Assembly (NCBI GenBank): GCA_965196605.1
Contig: CBDAKK010000008.1
Span: 608,291-672,290 of the forward strand
Direction: 5' to 3'
Length of the DNA: 64,000 bases
From: Spirochaetia bacterium
GTDB lineage: Bacteria; Spirochaetota; Spirochaetia; WTKD01; G963693115
In this document: in pieces, positions 1 through 10,635 of the stretch
Layout: every line of letters begins with the position of its first letter
Numbering within the stretch: the stretch's first letter is position 1
Program-made: the position numbers and the translations under genes
Notes under the pieces: model-generated
Told to the model about the DNA's origin: nothing
The model's input: only the letters and a program-made list of their open reading frames with translations
Databases searched by the model: none

Positions 1-1735
1 GCGAGAGTCTCTGCTTGAGCGGATTGAAAAACAAAACGAGCAGGTTGCAGAGCTTGGAGAGCGCGTTGCGGATATGCAAAAAAGTGCTGCTGAAATTGAT
101 GCGAGTATAGGCACATGCGAGGCGGATATTGATGCCTCCGTGAAACGTGACTCTGAAGTTGGCGTGGAGCTGGAAGGGCATCAAAAAGACTTGCGCGAGG
201 TTGTTGATAGGCTTGCTGCTGAACTCGATAGACAGTTGCGTGAGACGGGCTACTCGGTTGAAAAGCAACAGGCGCGTGCACAGGCAATAAGCATGCATGT
301 TGAGACTGTGCGCGCTTTGGTAAAGGCATTGTTAAAAAACAAGAGTGCTGAAGTAATGTGCGAAAGTTTGGAAAAGATGCACCAGTCTATGGAAGTGCTT
401 GCAGATGATTTTAAGAATTATTACGAGGCGCAACCTAGGTTTTTAGAAGACTTTCTTGCGCGTGATGGTGTATTGTCGCGTAAGCACATTATAGACAAAA
501 AAATATCACAGCTTTATAGGGAGCGTGATGACTTGCGCGCTACGCGTGTGCAAAAGCAAGCAAGCATAGAGGATTTGCGTGCGCGCCAAGCTGGTTTGAA
601 AAGTGATATGCAAGCATGTGTAGTGCAAAAGGCTTCGCTGGAACGTGAAAGCGTGGTGCTGGGTGAACAGGAGAAGAGAATACAAAAAATTTTGTCAGAG
701 ACTATTGAGGAAGAAAAGCGGCAAGAGGAAAATGTAAAAAACCTTGTGCTTTCAAAAGAGCGTGTGCTTGTTGATATAGAGCAACAGAAGAAACAATGTG
801 AGAGTTTGCGCGTTGAAGATGCCGAGGCGCGGGAGGCACTGAAAGCGCTGCGTGAGCAGGTTGAAAAACACAATACCATGGCGAGTTCATATGCGCAAAA
901 AATACGCGATGCTGAGGCAAAGGCAAAGAGTTTGCGTGTGAGCATGCATGAAATTGAAAAGCAAGAGGCGGATATTCAAACGCGTTGTAACGTGCTTTCG
1001 GAAAATTTTGCCGAGCGTTATGGTGAAATTTTGTCGGTGTACTTGCAAAAGGATGAATACAAAAATATAACGAAGCAGACTTTGTCCATGCAAGATATTT
1101 CCGAAAAATTGCAGAAAACCAAGGATGCTATGAAGGCTTTGGGCGGGGTTAACTTGCTTGCTCCCGATGAGTTTAGGCAGGTTAACACGCGTTATGAGTT
1201 TTTGACTTCGCAGCTTGCGGACTTGGAAGAGGCGGAAGGCGACTTGCAAAAAATTGTAGAGGAAATAGAACGAGAGTCTCGTAAAAAACTCGAAGTGACG
1301 TATGCAGAAGTGCGCAAACATTTTAAGCGCATTTTCACCAAGCTTATGGACGGTGGCACGGCGGATTTGCTATTAGTTGATTCAGAAGACATTTTGAACG
1401 CGGGTCTCGATATTATTGCGCAACCGCCACAGAAAAAAACCAAGGATTTGTCGCAGCTTTCGGGGGGGGAGCGTGCGCTCGTTTCGCTTGCCTTGTTGTT
1501 CTCCATACATTCAGTGCGTCCCGCGCCTTTTTGCGTGCTTGACGAGTTGGACGCTCCGCTTGATGAACAGAACATTGGGCGTTTTCTTGCGCTTGTTGAT
1601 GACTTTTCTACTCAAACGCAGTTTATTGTTATAAGCCACAACAAGCGTACCATTGCTTCAGCAAAGCAGCTTATTGGGGTTACCATGGAGGAGCGCGGCG
1701 TGAGTAAAATTATAGGCGTGAAAACGGGAAATTAA
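1..1735 (+). CDS. smc: Chromosome segregation protein SMC, C-terminal part (5' end upstream of window)
   Basis: Frame 2 is open from base 2. Long coiled coil, then ABC signature LSGGERALVSLALLFS and Walker B FCVLDELDAPLD. Confidence 0.9.
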   Translation, partial: RESLLERIEKQNEQVAELGERVADMQKSAAEIDASIGTCEADIDASVKRDSEVGVELEGHQKDLREVVDRLAAELDRQLRETGYSVEKQQARAQAISMHVETVRALVKALLKNKSAEVMCESLEKMHQSMEVLADDFKNYYEAQPRFLEDFLARDGVLSRKHIIDKKISQLYRERDDLRATRVQKQASIEDLRARQAGLKSDMQACVVQKASLERESVVLGEQEKRIQKILSETIEEEKRQEENVKNLVLSKERVLVDIEQQKKQCESLRVEDAEAREALKALREQVEKHNTMASSYAQKIRDAEAKAKSLRVSMHEIEKQEADIQTRCNVLSENFAERYGEILSVYLQKDEYKNITKQTLSMQDISEKLQKTKDAMKALGGVNLLAPDEFRQVNTRYEFLTSQLADLEEAEGDLQKIVEEIERESRKKLEVTYAEVRKHFKRIFTKLMDGGTADLLLVDSEDILNAGLDIIAQPPQKKTKDLSQLSGGERALVSLALLFSIHSVRPAPFCVLDELDAPLDEQNIGRFLALVDDFSTQTQFIVISHNKRTIASAKQLIGVTMEERGVSKIIGVKTGN

Positions 1736-1768
1736 AGAAACATAAGAATATATAGGATATCTGTAGTT

Positions 1769-2104
1769 ATGAATGTAAATAATGCTGCCACACTCTTTTT
1801 TTTTGTGAGTTTTTTCGTATTATATGTTATAGCGTGCGGGGAAGAAAATTTCGTTCCAAGTGATGTTGAAACTGATATTACTACTACTATTACACAGTTA
1901 TCTATAACCGATGCATATATAATGCCTGACCCTGTAGATGCGCTCTTGCTTAATGCGCTGCCACAGACTGTGAAAGATAGAAACGATGTTGAAAAAATTG
2001 TCGAGAAGATTGGAAATCTCATAAACCCTAAAATGGAATTGTATAAATACTTAGAGAGGAAACGAGAATATGCGAGAACGAGTATTTTTCATGACATACC
2101 GTAA
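1769..2104 (+). CDS. Small putative lipoprotein, unknown function
   Basis: Hydrophobic N-terminus ending in VIAC (lipobox-like Cys). No recognisable domain. Confidence 0.4.
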   Translation: MNVNNAATLFFFVSFFVLYVIACGEENFVPSDVETDITTTITQLSITDAYIMPDPVDALLLNALPQTVKDRNDVEKIVEKIGNLINPKMELYKYLERKREYARTSIFHDIP

Positions 2105-3206
2105 TGCACAGGCGTGGTACATTGCGTATGGTGTGCTTTGCGCGGCTTTGTTTTGTGCGCCTTCTTTGCATGCCTATGATGTGTTTGACTCTTTAGATGA
2201 TGCTGCCTTGCCTATAGGCGAGAGGCTTTTGAAAATTATAGATGATGAAGAGTCCAAGGCTTCGCGCTTGGAGAATCTTGATATTGATAAAAGCACTCCG
2301 CGTGTTGCTGTGCCTCTTGGACGTACCTTGCTTGTGGGGCTTCACGGACGAAATTGGGTTTTGGATGCTCGTAGGTCGGATATTGCCCAAGCGAATAAGT
2401 CCGACATCATATGGCAAGGGCTACAAGAATCGCAGGGAAGGAGCATTTTCGTTTTTACTCGCAAGGCTCTTGGTACCAACAAGCTTGTTTTTTCACGAAG
2501 CGATAATGCTACCGCTGATCAATTTTGGTATTTTCTTTCAGTTGATTGGGTAGACGATTCGGCAGACAAAAGCGCTCTTGCATCATCTGCCTCTCATGCT
2601 CCGCGTACGCTTCTAAGTGATTCTCATGCAACGGTAATGATGGTAGCGCACGATGATGTAGGAGAAAATGTTGTAGACTTGTTTTCATCAGATACTCTAA
2701 AGGCGACGCAAAGTGAAGCGCCTATGAGTGATGCTGTGGAGTCTTCTGAAGTCGCGAATATCTCAATTCCCGCAGTTCCTCATGATATGCAAAACAAGGA
2801 CGCGGAGACGAAGCCTGTGCCAATTGAAGATAGGACGCAAGAGGCGGGTGTAGACGACGAGTCTTCGGAGACACAAACTGCGAGCTCAGAGTTGGATCCA
2901 TATAATGCTTCGTTGCAAAAGTTACATGCATTTTTGAAGGTTGGCAACTACGCGGAGGCGCAAGAGGCCATAGCACAGCATAAAAACGACCTCGAGTTGA
3001 AAGACGCTGTCCCGCGCTTTTTATTTGATAGCGCGCACTATTTAGAGACCATGCATGAGCGTGAAGGCGTACGTAGCATTCAAAATATAGAAAAGGCTAT
3101 TATGTTTTATGAACGCATTGTAAATGAATACCCCTTAAGTGTGTTCTATGCCAATGCGCTTGAAAGATGCGAATTCTTACAGAAGAAATATGTGTTTATA
3201 CGATGA
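2091..3206 (+). CDS. Secreted hypothetical protein with acidic linker and helical C-terminal region
   Basis: ORF 2070..3206. Likely start is MTYRNAQ... with a signal peptide ending SLHA/YD. Ser/Asp/Glu-rich middle and TPR-like C-terminus (weak). Confidence 0.5.
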   Translation: MTYRNAQAWYIAYGVLCAALFCAPSLHAYDVFDSLDDAALPIGERLLKIIDDEESKASRLENLDIDKSTPRVAVPLGRTLLVGLHGRNWVLDARRSDIAQANKSDIIWQGLQESQGRSIFVFTRKALGTNKLVFSRSDNATADQFWYFLSVDWVDDSADKSALASSASHAPRTLLSDSHATVMMVAHDDVGENVVDLFSSDTLKATQSEAPMSDAVESSEVANISIPAVPHDMQNKDAETKPVPIEDRTQEAGVDDESSETQTASSELDPYNASLQKLHAFLKVGNYAEAQEAIAQHKNDLELKDAVPRFLFDSAHYLETMHEREGVRSIQNIEKAIMFYERIVNEYPLSVFYANALERCEFLQKKYVFIR

Positions 3207-3255
3207 GGATTTGCATGTGCAAGGATCTTAAGTTTGAAAATGGAGCTTGTATTTG

Positions 3256-4794
3256 ATGAATGATACGATTGTAGTTTTAGACTTTGGTAGTCAATACAAT
3301 CAGCTTATAGTAAGGCGTATTAGAGAATGCGGAGTGTACTGTGAACTTCTGAGCGCTACGACTCCCATGGAGCGTCTTAAAAAAGCACACATAAAGGGTG
3401 TCGTGCTGAGCGGAGGTCCAAAGTCAGTAGTTGCGTCTTCTGAGTGCGCGCTTCAGCAAGGGTTTTGGGACGCACTTTCTGTGCCAGTGCTGGGCATTTG
3501 CTACGGCATGCAGTCCATGGTGCAAGCCTTTGGGGGGGAGGTGCAGCGCGGCTCTGTGCAGGAGTACGGCACTGCAACTTTGAACCTACGCAGTGTGCAG
3601 AGTCCCTTGTTTGCTGATGTGCCGAAAAGCACAAGGGTGTGGATGTCTCACGCGGATATGGCCGTTGCTATTCCACAAGGGTGGCAGGGCATTGCTTATT
3701 CTGATGATTGTCCTTATGCGGCAGTTGTCGCGCCGCATGCCCCGTACTACGGCATACAATTTCATCCTGAGGTGACGCACAGCGAGTTTGGCATGCAGAT
3801 TCTGAAGAATTTTGCATGTGGCATATGCGCAGCTGAGCCTACATGGTCTATGCGCACGTACATGCAAGAACAAATTGCTCAGGTTACGAAAGAGGTGGGG
3901 GAGAAGAACGTAATTTGTGGCCTAAGCGGTGGGGTTGACTCTACGGTAACGGCCATGCTCCTTGAAAAAGCCATAGGCAAGCAGCTCCACTGCATTTTTG
4001 TAGACCACGGTCTCTTGCGTCACAATGAACGAGAGGAGGTAGCTGCCCTGTTTTCTCAAACCTTCCAAGGGAGTTTGCACATTGTTGACGCTGCCAATAC
4101 CTTTTTTGATAATCTCAAGGGTGTAAGTGACCCTGAAAAAAAGCGAAAAATAATAGGCGCTACCTTTGTAGAGGCATTTACCAACGCGGCCAAGGACATA
4201 CCAAATGCCGAGTTTCTCGCGCAGGGCACGTTGTACACCGACATTGTAGAATCGGGACGAGGCGGTGCTTCACAAACAATAAAGTCACACCACAATGTAG
4301 GCGGGCTTCCCGATGCTATGAATTTTTCGCTTATAGAGCCACTTAAATTTTTGTACAAGGACGAGGTGCGTGCCCTTGGGCTTGAACTGGGGCTCGCAAA
4401 GCGCCTTGTGTATAGGCAGCCCTTTCCTGGCCCCGGGCTCGCTGTGCGCGTTCTTGGTGCAGTCAGTCCCTCACGCGTTTCCGTCATTCGCAAGGCTGAT
4501 GCAATACTACGCGAAGAAATAGCACAAGCAGGACTTGAAGAAAAAATATGGCAGTATTTCACCGTGCTTACTGGCGTTAAAACCGTAGGGGTAAAAGGCG
4601 ATGCGCGCGTATATGGGGATACCGTTGCCATTCGTGCGGTGCATAGCCAAGATGGCATGAGCGCCTCGGTGTACGATGTGCCCTTTGCGGTATTACAAAA
4701 AATTTCTTCGCGCATCACAAATGAAATTTTCGAGATCAACAGAGTGGTTTTTGATATAACGAGCAAACCACCTAGCACCATAGAATGGGAATAA
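3256..4794 (+). CDS. guaA: GMP synthase (glutamine-hydrolysing)
   Basis: GATase motifs VVLDFGSQYNQLIVRRIRE, GICYGMQ, FHPE. PP-loop GLSGGVDS. C-terminal KPPSTIEWE. ATG at 3256 is preceded by GGAG. Confidence 0.95.
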   Translation: MNDTIVVLDFGSQYNQLIVRRIRECGVYCELLSATTPMERLKKAHIKGVVLSGGPKSVVASSECALQQGFWDALSVPVLGICYGMQSMVQAFGGEVQRGSVQEYGTATLNLRSVQSPLFADVPKSTRVWMSHADMAVAIPQGWQGIAYSDDCPYAAVVAPHAPYYGIQFHPEVTHSEFGMQILKNFACGICAAEPTWSMRTYMQEQIAQVTKEVGEKNVICGLSGGVDSTVTAMLLEKAIGKQLHCIFVDHGLLRHNEREEVAALFSQTFQGSLHIVDAANTFFDNLKGVSDPEKKRKIIGATFVEAFTNAAKDIPNAEFLAQGTLYTDIVESGRGGASQTIKSHHNVGGLPDAMNFSLIEPLKFLYKDEVRALGLELGLAKRLVYRQPFPGPGLAVRVLGAVSPSRVSVIRKADAILREEIAQAGLEEKIWQYFTVLTGVKTVGVKGDARVYGDTVAIRAVHSQDGMSASVYDVPFAVLQKISSRITNEIFEINRVVFDITSKPPSTIEWE

Positions 4795-4830
4795 TGTAAA
4801 ATATGTGATTATGGAGATACTCAAAACTTT

Positions 4831-6507
4831 ATGAACCTACAGAGTAATGGACAAACAAGTAGCGCAAAAAAAGCCGCGCTTATAAGCGTTTTTGATAAGC
4901 GCAATGTTGTTGAGTGCGCGCGCGCGCTTAGTGATATGGGATATGTTATTTTGTCAACGGGAGGCACTTACAGGACCTTGGTAGCCCAGGGCATTGAGGC
5001 CGTCTCAATTGAAGAATACACGGGCTCTGCTGAATTTTTTGATGGTCGCGTGAAATCCTTGCATCCAAAAATATATGCAGGAATTCTTGCGCGCCGCAGT
5101 TCCGTACAGGATATTAGCATGTTAGAATCCGAGGAACTTTATTCTATAGATCTGGTTGTGGTAAACCTCTACCCATTTGAAAAAACAATACGCGAGCCTT
5201 CGCTCAACCACTACAACGCTGTGGAAAATATTGACATAGGTGGTATTACGCTTATAAGAGCTGCTGCAAAAAATCATGAGTCGGTCTCGGTGATAACTGA
5301 CCCGTCGGATTATAAAAACTTTGTCAAGGTTTTACGCGCTTGTCACAATGGTGATGCAAAGGAAGCACACGCATTAAAGGTATGTAACGCTCGGTATGCA
5401 GCAAAGGCCTTTGCGCACACTGCGCATTATGACGCGCTTATTGCGCAGTACATGAATACGTACGCAGATGCTTTGTATGAGGAAAACACAAAAGAGGAAG
5501 TGAGCGCTCAGGCAGCGGACATACAAACCTTGGAGTACACGCTGCCCTTAAAAAAAATACAAACTTTGCGCTATGGGGAAAACCCGCATCAAGACGCTAC
5601 GGTATATAAAATGTCTAGCGCGCTTTCTAAAAACTCTATAGTCGATGCAAAGCAAATTCATGGCAAGCAGCTGTCTTTTAATAACATTCGAGATGCTGAA
5701 GCTGCGGTGCGCATTGCGAGTAGTTTTTCTGATATATGTGTAGTCGCCATTAAGCACGGCAACCCTTGTGGGGTAGGGCTTGGCGACTCCGTAATGAAAG
5801 CGTGGAAAAAATGCTACGCTTCGGATACTGTTTCTATTTTTGGTGGCATTGTCGCTTGTAACAAACCCGTGGATGATGTATTTGCAAAGCAGCTTTCTAA
5901 AATATTTTTGGAAATCATCATTGCCCCTTCTTTTAGCGCCGAGGCGAAAACAATTTTGCAAAAGAAAAAAAACCTGCGACTTCTTACCATGCCGCTTACT
6001 GCAAATGCGCATAAAAAGGCGGGCTCTGACTCACAGCATTGTATTTCAGTTTTTGGCGGTGGCATGCTGATACAAAATTATGACGAGGGGCAGGTGACTG
6101 CAAAGCAGTGTAGTTGCGCTACGCATAAAAAAGCCAGCATGGCTCAAATGCGAGATTTACTTTTTGCGTGGAACGTATGTAAGTACGTAAAGTCAAACGC
6201 AATTGTTATAGCAAAAAATGAGGCGACGCTTGGCATTGGTGCGGGGCAAATGAACCGCGTAGGTGCTGCGGGAATTGCCATAGAGCAGGTGCAGCAAAAA
6301 AATGGTGGACTTACAAAACTCAAATCTTCTGTTATGGCCTCCGATGCCTTTTTCCCCATGCCCGACACGGTGGAACTGGCCGTGAAGCATGGCATTGCTG
6401 CTATCATTCAACCCGGCGGCTCGATTAGGGATGCGGATTCAATAGAACTTTGTAACGCACACGGCATTGTCATGGTGTTTACGGGCATGCGTCATTTTTT
6501 GCATTAG
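4831..6507 (+). CDS. purH: Bifunctional AICAR transformylase / IMP cyclohydrolase
   Basis: MGS-like N-domain (ALISVFDK, LSTGGT), YGENPHQ, C-terminal QPGGSIRD...TGMRHFLH. Confidence 0.95.
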   Translation: MNLQSNGQTSSAKKAALISVFDKRNVVECARALSDMGYVILSTGGTYRTLVAQGIEAVSIEEYTGSAEFFDGRVKSLHPKIYAGILARRSSVQDISMLESEELYSIDLVVVNLYPFEKTIREPSLNHYNAVENIDIGGITLIRAAAKNHESVSVITDPSDYKNFVKVLRACHNGDAKEAHALKVCNARYAAKAFAHTAHYDALIAQYMNTYADALYEENTKEEVSAQAADIQTLEYTLPLKKIQTLRYGENPHQDATVYKMSSALSKNSIVDAKQIHGKQLSFNNIRDAEAAVRIASSFSDICVVAIKHGNPCGVGLGDSVMKAWKKCYASDTVSIFGGIVACNKPVDDVFAKQLSKIFLEIIIAPSFSAEAKTILQKKKNLRLLTMPLTANAHKKAGSDSQHCISVFGGGMLIQNYDEGQVTAKQCSCATHKKASMAQMRDLLFAWNVCKYVKSNAIVIAKNEATLGIGAGQMNRVGAAGIAIEQVQQKNGGLTKLKSSVMASDAFFPMPDTVELAVKHGIAAIIQPGGSIRDADSIELCNAHGIVMVFTGMRHFLH

Positions 6508-6549
6508 TTATTAGAATAATTATTGAACTTATTATGAAGAGGACTGTGT

Positions 6550-7899
6550 ATGCTTGAGTCAATACGAGATGGGTTTGGGTCTATGTTACGCCGCATAAGC
6601 GGTACCCACGCCATTTCAGAAAAAAACGTACGAGATGCGGTAGAAGAAATAAAACTCGCGCTTTTAGAGGCTGATGTACATGTAAGGGTGGTGCGGCGTT
6701 TTGTGAATAAAACCCTTGAAGACGCGCTTGGAGAAAAGGTGCTCCGCTCGGTCTCGCCTGCACAAATGTTTACTAAAATATTGCACGACACGCTCTCTCG
6801 TTTTCTCGGTTCACAGGAGTCGGAAATACACCTTCAGGGCAGTCCCGCCGTTATACTTATGTGTGGTCTTCAGGGTTCTGGTAAAACTACAAGCTCTGCA
6901 AAACTCGCTGCGCATTATAAAGCCAAAGGCAAATCAGTTTCGCTAGCGGCAGCTGACATAACGAGACCCGCCGCTGTTGAGCAGCTTATGGTGCTTGGCA
7001 AGTCCATAGGGGCTACGGTATATTCTCTTGATGCGGCAAAGTCACCGCTTGATGTTGCAAATTTTGCGTATAAACAAGCGAAAAAATCAGGCGATGATAT
7101 TCTCATTGTCGATACGGCGGGGCGTACGGAACTCAATGAAGAATTGCTTGATGAAATAGCGGGCATGCAAAAAACGCTTAAGCCTTGTTCTCGAATTTTG
7201 GTTCTCGATGCCATGACGGGACAGACTGCCGTGACGGTTGCACAAAAATTTCATGAGTCGGTAAACGTTACGGGTTTTATATTCACGAAGGCTGACTCGG
7301 ACTCTCGTGGCGGGGCGCTTTTAAGCGTGAGAAGCATGGTTGATGCTCCGGTGCATTTTATGGGCACGGGCGAAAAAACCGAAGCCCTTGAGTTGTTTTA
7401 CCCCGAGCGAATAGCTTCTCGCATACTTGGTATGGGCGATGTGGTGAGCTTGGTTGAAAAAGTGCAAGAGCAAGTTGATGAGAAAGAGGCAGAACGCTTG
7501 CACAAGAAAATTCTCAAAAAAACTTTCACGCTTTCTGACTACCTCCAACAATTTCAAAGTGTGCGCAACATGGGGAGTATGGAGAAAATAGCTGAAATGC
7601 TACCCGGAGTTACCAATGCCATGGTGCAAAACATAGACGAAAAAGCCTTGAGACGCGAAGAGGCTATTATATTGTCCATGACCCTCTTAGAGCGAGAGAA
7701 TGCAAAAATAATAGGCTCTACTCGAAAGGCTCGCATAGCCCGAGGCAGTGGGACATCAGTTGCACAAGTAAATTCGCTTTTGAAAAAATTTGAGAAAACC
7801 AAGATTATGATGAAAAAAACGATGAAGAACAAGAAGCTACAAGATTCAATCTTTGGGCAACAAAATATAAATGAACTTGCTCAAAAATTTAATTTTTAG
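6550..7899 (+). CDS. ffh: Signal recognition particle protein Ffh
   Basis: N/G domains with GLQGSGKTT, DTAGR, TKADSDSRGGA. Met-rich M domain. Confidence 0.95.
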   Translation: MLESIRDGFGSMLRRISGTHAISEKNVRDAVEEIKLALLEADVHVRVVRRFVNKTLEDALGEKVLRSVSPAQMFTKILHDTLSRFLGSQESEIHLQGSPAVILMCGLQGSGKTTSSAKLAAHYKAKGKSVSLAAADITRPAAVEQLMVLGKSIGATVYSLDAAKSPLDVANFAYKQAKKSGDDILIVDTAGRTELNEELLDEIAGMQKTLKPCSRILVLDAMTGQTAVTVAQKFHESVNVTGFIFTKADSDSRGGALLSVRSMVDAPVHFMGTGEKTEALELFYPERIASRILGMGDVVSLVEKVQEQVDEKEAERLHKKILKKTFTLSDYLQQFQSVRNMGSMEKIAEMLPGVTNAMVQNIDEKALRREEAIILSMTLLERENAKIIGSTRKARIARGSGTSVAQVNSLLKKFEKTKIMMKKTMKNKKLQDSIFGQQNINELAQKFNF

Positions 7900-7954
7900 T
7901 AAAATAAAAATTACAGAATAAAATAAAAAAGAAACACAATGAAATAATGAGTTG

Positions 7955-7963
7955 TGTTATAAT
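7955..7963 (+). promoter_or_regulatory. Possible extended -10 promoter element (TGtTATAAT) for the rpsP operon
   Basis: TGTTATAAT lies about 50 nt upstream of the rpsP start in an AT-rich intergenic region. AAAGGAG RBS at about 8000. No good -35. Confidence 0.35.
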
Positions 7964-8011
7964 TTACAATAAGTTAACAAAACTTAATTTTTAATATAAA
8001 AGGAGTTCTCA

Positions 8012-8257
8012 ATGGTTAAGATTAGGCTTAAGAGATTTGGTAAGAAGCGACAACCGTCATACAGAATAGTGGTTATGAATTCGCGTTCTAGTAGAGATGG
8101 TAGAGCTCTTGATGAGGTTGGATTTTATCACCCCTTGACGAGTGATAAGAATACGCAAATTCGCATTGACCTTGATAAGGTTGATTCATGGATGAGTAAA
8201 GGAGCTCAACCTACGGATACTGTGCGGGGTTTGATAAATAAGGAAAAAAAGAAATAA
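8012..8257 (+). CDS. rpsP: 30S ribosomal protein S16
   Basis: MVKIRLKRFGKKRQPSYRIVV... typical bS16 N-terminus. Sits in the conserved rpsP-KH-rimM-trmD context. Confidence 0.95.
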   Translation: MVKIRLKRFGKKRQPSYRIVVMNSRSSRDGRALDEVGFYHPLTSDKNTQIRIDLDKVDSWMSKGAQPTDTVRGLINKEKKK

Positions 8258-8296
8258 AAATAACGCAAAAAATAATCTTAAGTTAAGAGGTGCTGT

Positions 8297-8533
8297 ATGG
8301 AAAAAGAATTTGTCGAATACATTGCGCGATCGCTTGTCGATGATCCTGATAGTGTTGAAGTCAACGAAGTTGCTGGTATTAAGTCCTTAATACTTGAGCT
8401 CAAAGTTGCCCCAGACGATGTTGGAAAAATCATTGGGCGAGAGGGGCGAATTGCAATATCAATTCGTGCGTTACTCGGTGCTATTTCTACTCGTTCTAAT
8501 AAGCGAGTTACCTTGCATATTATAGACGACTAG
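8297..8533 (+). CDS. KH-domain RNA-binding protein (YlqC/UPF0109-like)
   Basis: 78 aa with GKIIGREGRIA (GxxG KH motif), in the canonical position between rpsP and rimM. Confidence 0.85.
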   Translation: MEKEFVEYIARSLVDDPDSVEVNEVAGIKSLILELKVAPDDVGKIIGREGRIAISIRALLGAISTRSNKRVTLHIIDD

Positions 8534-8630
8534 TTAGGATAGCATTACACACAAGGTAAGAAGAATTCTACAGGACACCTATTTATAGGTGTTCTTGTGT
8601 CTTCTTATATTTGTATAGTATTATTACCCT

Positions 8631-9218
8631 GTGATAGCGGTAGGTCAGTTTCTCAAGACATTTGGCGTGAATGGTCTTATAAAGTTTCGTTCTCATTCTG
8701 GTGAAATCGAACATTTATCTAAGATAAAGACTTTTTGCATCAATACGACGAGCGTGTCTTATGAGAGTACTCATTCGCTAGAAAGTCACGAAGTAGAAGC
8801 GTGGTACCTGCAATCGAATAAAACCATTCGTTGTAAAATTGTTGGGTTTGATTCACCTGAAGACGCGCACTATTTTGTGAGCAAGAACATGTATGTGCCG
8901 CGTGAACAAGCTACAAAGTGTAAAAATGGTGAGTATTACATAGGTGATTTAGTTGGCATGCGCATTATGCACTGCGGCAAGATGCTTGGTGTAGTTAGCT
9001 CTGTCTTCACGGATGCATACGCGCCGCTTTTGGAGGTTGTAGTCTATAATAATGCACAAGAAGCGCATTCTGGTACTAAAGGCGCGCATGCAAAAAGGCT
9101 CATACCTTTTATGAAAGAGTTTGTTTCAGACCCCGTGAAAATGGAGCGCAATAGTGAAACGCAGGTTGAAGGTGAGACTTATGCAATTGAGCTTTACGAT
9201 GTGACGTTGCTCAATTAA
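8631..9218 (+). CDS. rimM: 16S rRNA processing protein RimM
   Basis: N-terminal GVNGLIKF motif, PRC-barrel-like C-terminal half, operon context. GTG start. Confidence 0.85.
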   Translation: MIAVGQFLKTFGVNGLIKFRSHSGEIEHLSKIKTFCINTTSVSYESTHSLESHEVEAWYLQSNKTIRCKIVGFDSPEDAHYFVSKNMYVPREQATKCKNGEYYIGDLVGMRIMHCGKMLGVVSSVFTDAYAPLLEVVVYNNAQEAHSGTKGAHAKRLIPFMKEFVSDPVKMERNSETQVEGETYAIELYDVTLLN

Positions 9219-9254
9219 CTTTTTAGCTCCGTTTCAATATAGTACAATGCCTAC

Positions 9255-9845
9255 ATGGTTATTGAAAAAATATTTCAAGGCAATGTGCATTGGGTTGAGT
9301 CCCAATTGGAAGGGGATGCCGCTTATTTTGAAAAACTCTCGGCGCCGCAAAAACCCCGCGCCTTATACATTGGTTGTTGTGATAGTAGGGTTGTTCCTGA
9401 AATGCTTATGGGTGTCATGCCCGGTGAGATCTTCGTCCATAGGAATATAGCAAATATTATTTCCTCTAAAGATGAAAATGTGATGTCTGTTATTCAATAT
9501 GCGGTTGAAAACTTGTCGGTCGCACACATTATTGTTTGTGGTCATTATGGTTGTGGTGGCGTGCAAGCGGCTACGCAAATGCAGAGTGAGGATCAAAGTG
9601 TACTTGATGCATGGATACGCCCTATTGCGCGCTTGTATGAAAAGCATAAGGAGACTTTGCTGAAAGTGACAAGCGAGGAAGAGCGCCATAAAAAGCTTGT
9701 GCGCATGCACCTAGAGGAGCAATGTCGTAATCTTGTAGATTTGCCCATAATTGAAAAAGTACGCGCACAGCGTAGCCTTGCCATACACGGCTTGGTTTTT
9801 GACATTGCTTCGGGCTTGCTAGAGCCTGTGGTCAAGCTACCATAG
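9255..9845 (+). CDS. Beta-class carbonic anhydrase
   Basis: Zinc ligand motifs CCDSRVVPE and VCGHYGCGGVQAA, plus FVHRNIANI. Confidence 0.9.
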   Translation: MVIEKIFQGNVHWVESQLEGDAAYFEKLSAPQKPRALYIGCCDSRVVPEMLMGVMPGEIFVHRNIANIISSKDENVMSVIQYAVENLSVAHIIVCGHYGCGGVQAATQMQSEDQSVLDAWIRPIARLYEKHKETLLKVTSEEERHKKLVRMHLEEQCRNLVDLPIIEKVRAQRSLAIHGLVFDIASGLLEPVVKLP

Positions 9846-9896
9846 TGTTATAATTATGCCTGTGTCTGCTTGGGTTACGGCGTGGAATGTGAATGC

Positions 9897-10562
9897 ATGA
9901 AATTTATATTTGTGACGCTTTTTCCTGAAATTATAGAGCAGTATACACGCAGTTCAATTTTTGGGCGCAGTCGTGAAAATGAATGCATAGAGGTTGAAAC
10001 TGTTAATATACGAGACTTTGCGGATGACGCGTATAGGCGATGCGACGATGCTCCTTATGGCGGTGGCAAGGGCATGGTCTTGTTGCCTGAGCCGCTTGAT
10101 AAGGCGTTGTGCTCTGTGAAAACGGCCAAGTCGCGTGTGGTTTTTGCCACGCCCGCCGCGCCCTTGTTCACTCAAAAAGACGCACAAGCGCTTTCCAAAG
10201 GGCAAGAAATTGTGTTTCTCTGCGGGCGCTATGAAGGCGTAGACCAACGCATTGTGGACATGCACGTAGATGAGGTGTTTTCCGTAGGGGAGTACGTGCT
10301 CTCCTCAGGTGAGCTTGCGTCTCTTGTTATTGCAGATGCCGTGCATAGATTGATAGACGGCGTGCTAGCGCTAGGCTCGCTTGATGAAGAAAGCTACACA
10401 GACGGACTGTTGGAGTACCCTCATTACACGAGACCCGCGGTATTTAAAGAACACGCCGTGCCCGAGGTGCTGCTCTCAGGAGATCACAAGCGCATAGCGC
10501 AGTGGCGAGAAGAGCAGCGGCGGGCAGTTACACGACGTCATAGACCTGACCTCTGCCCTTAA
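9897..10562 (+). CDS. trmD: tRNA (guanine37-N1)-methyltransferase
   Basis: MKFIFVTLFPE..., DDAPYGGGKGMVL, GRYEGVDQR, EYPHYTRP motifs. ATG at 9897 inside ORF 9870..10562. Confidence 0.93.
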   Translation: MKFIFVTLFPEIIEQYTRSSIFGRSRENECIEVETVNIRDFADDAYRRCDDAPYGGGKGMVLLPEPLDKALCSVKTAKSRVVFATPAAPLFTQKDAQALSKGQEIVFLCGRYEGVDQRIVDMHVDEVFSVGEYVLSSGELASLVIADAVHRLIDGVLALGSLDEESYTDGLLEYPHYTRPAVFKEHAVPEVLLSGDHKRIAQWREEQRRAVTRRHRPDLCP

Positions 10563-10635
10563 GTGCTTGTGTTATATGCAGAGTTAACGTAAGGGGTATT
10601 TGTAGAGTCTGTTTCTGTCATTATGTTTTGGTATA

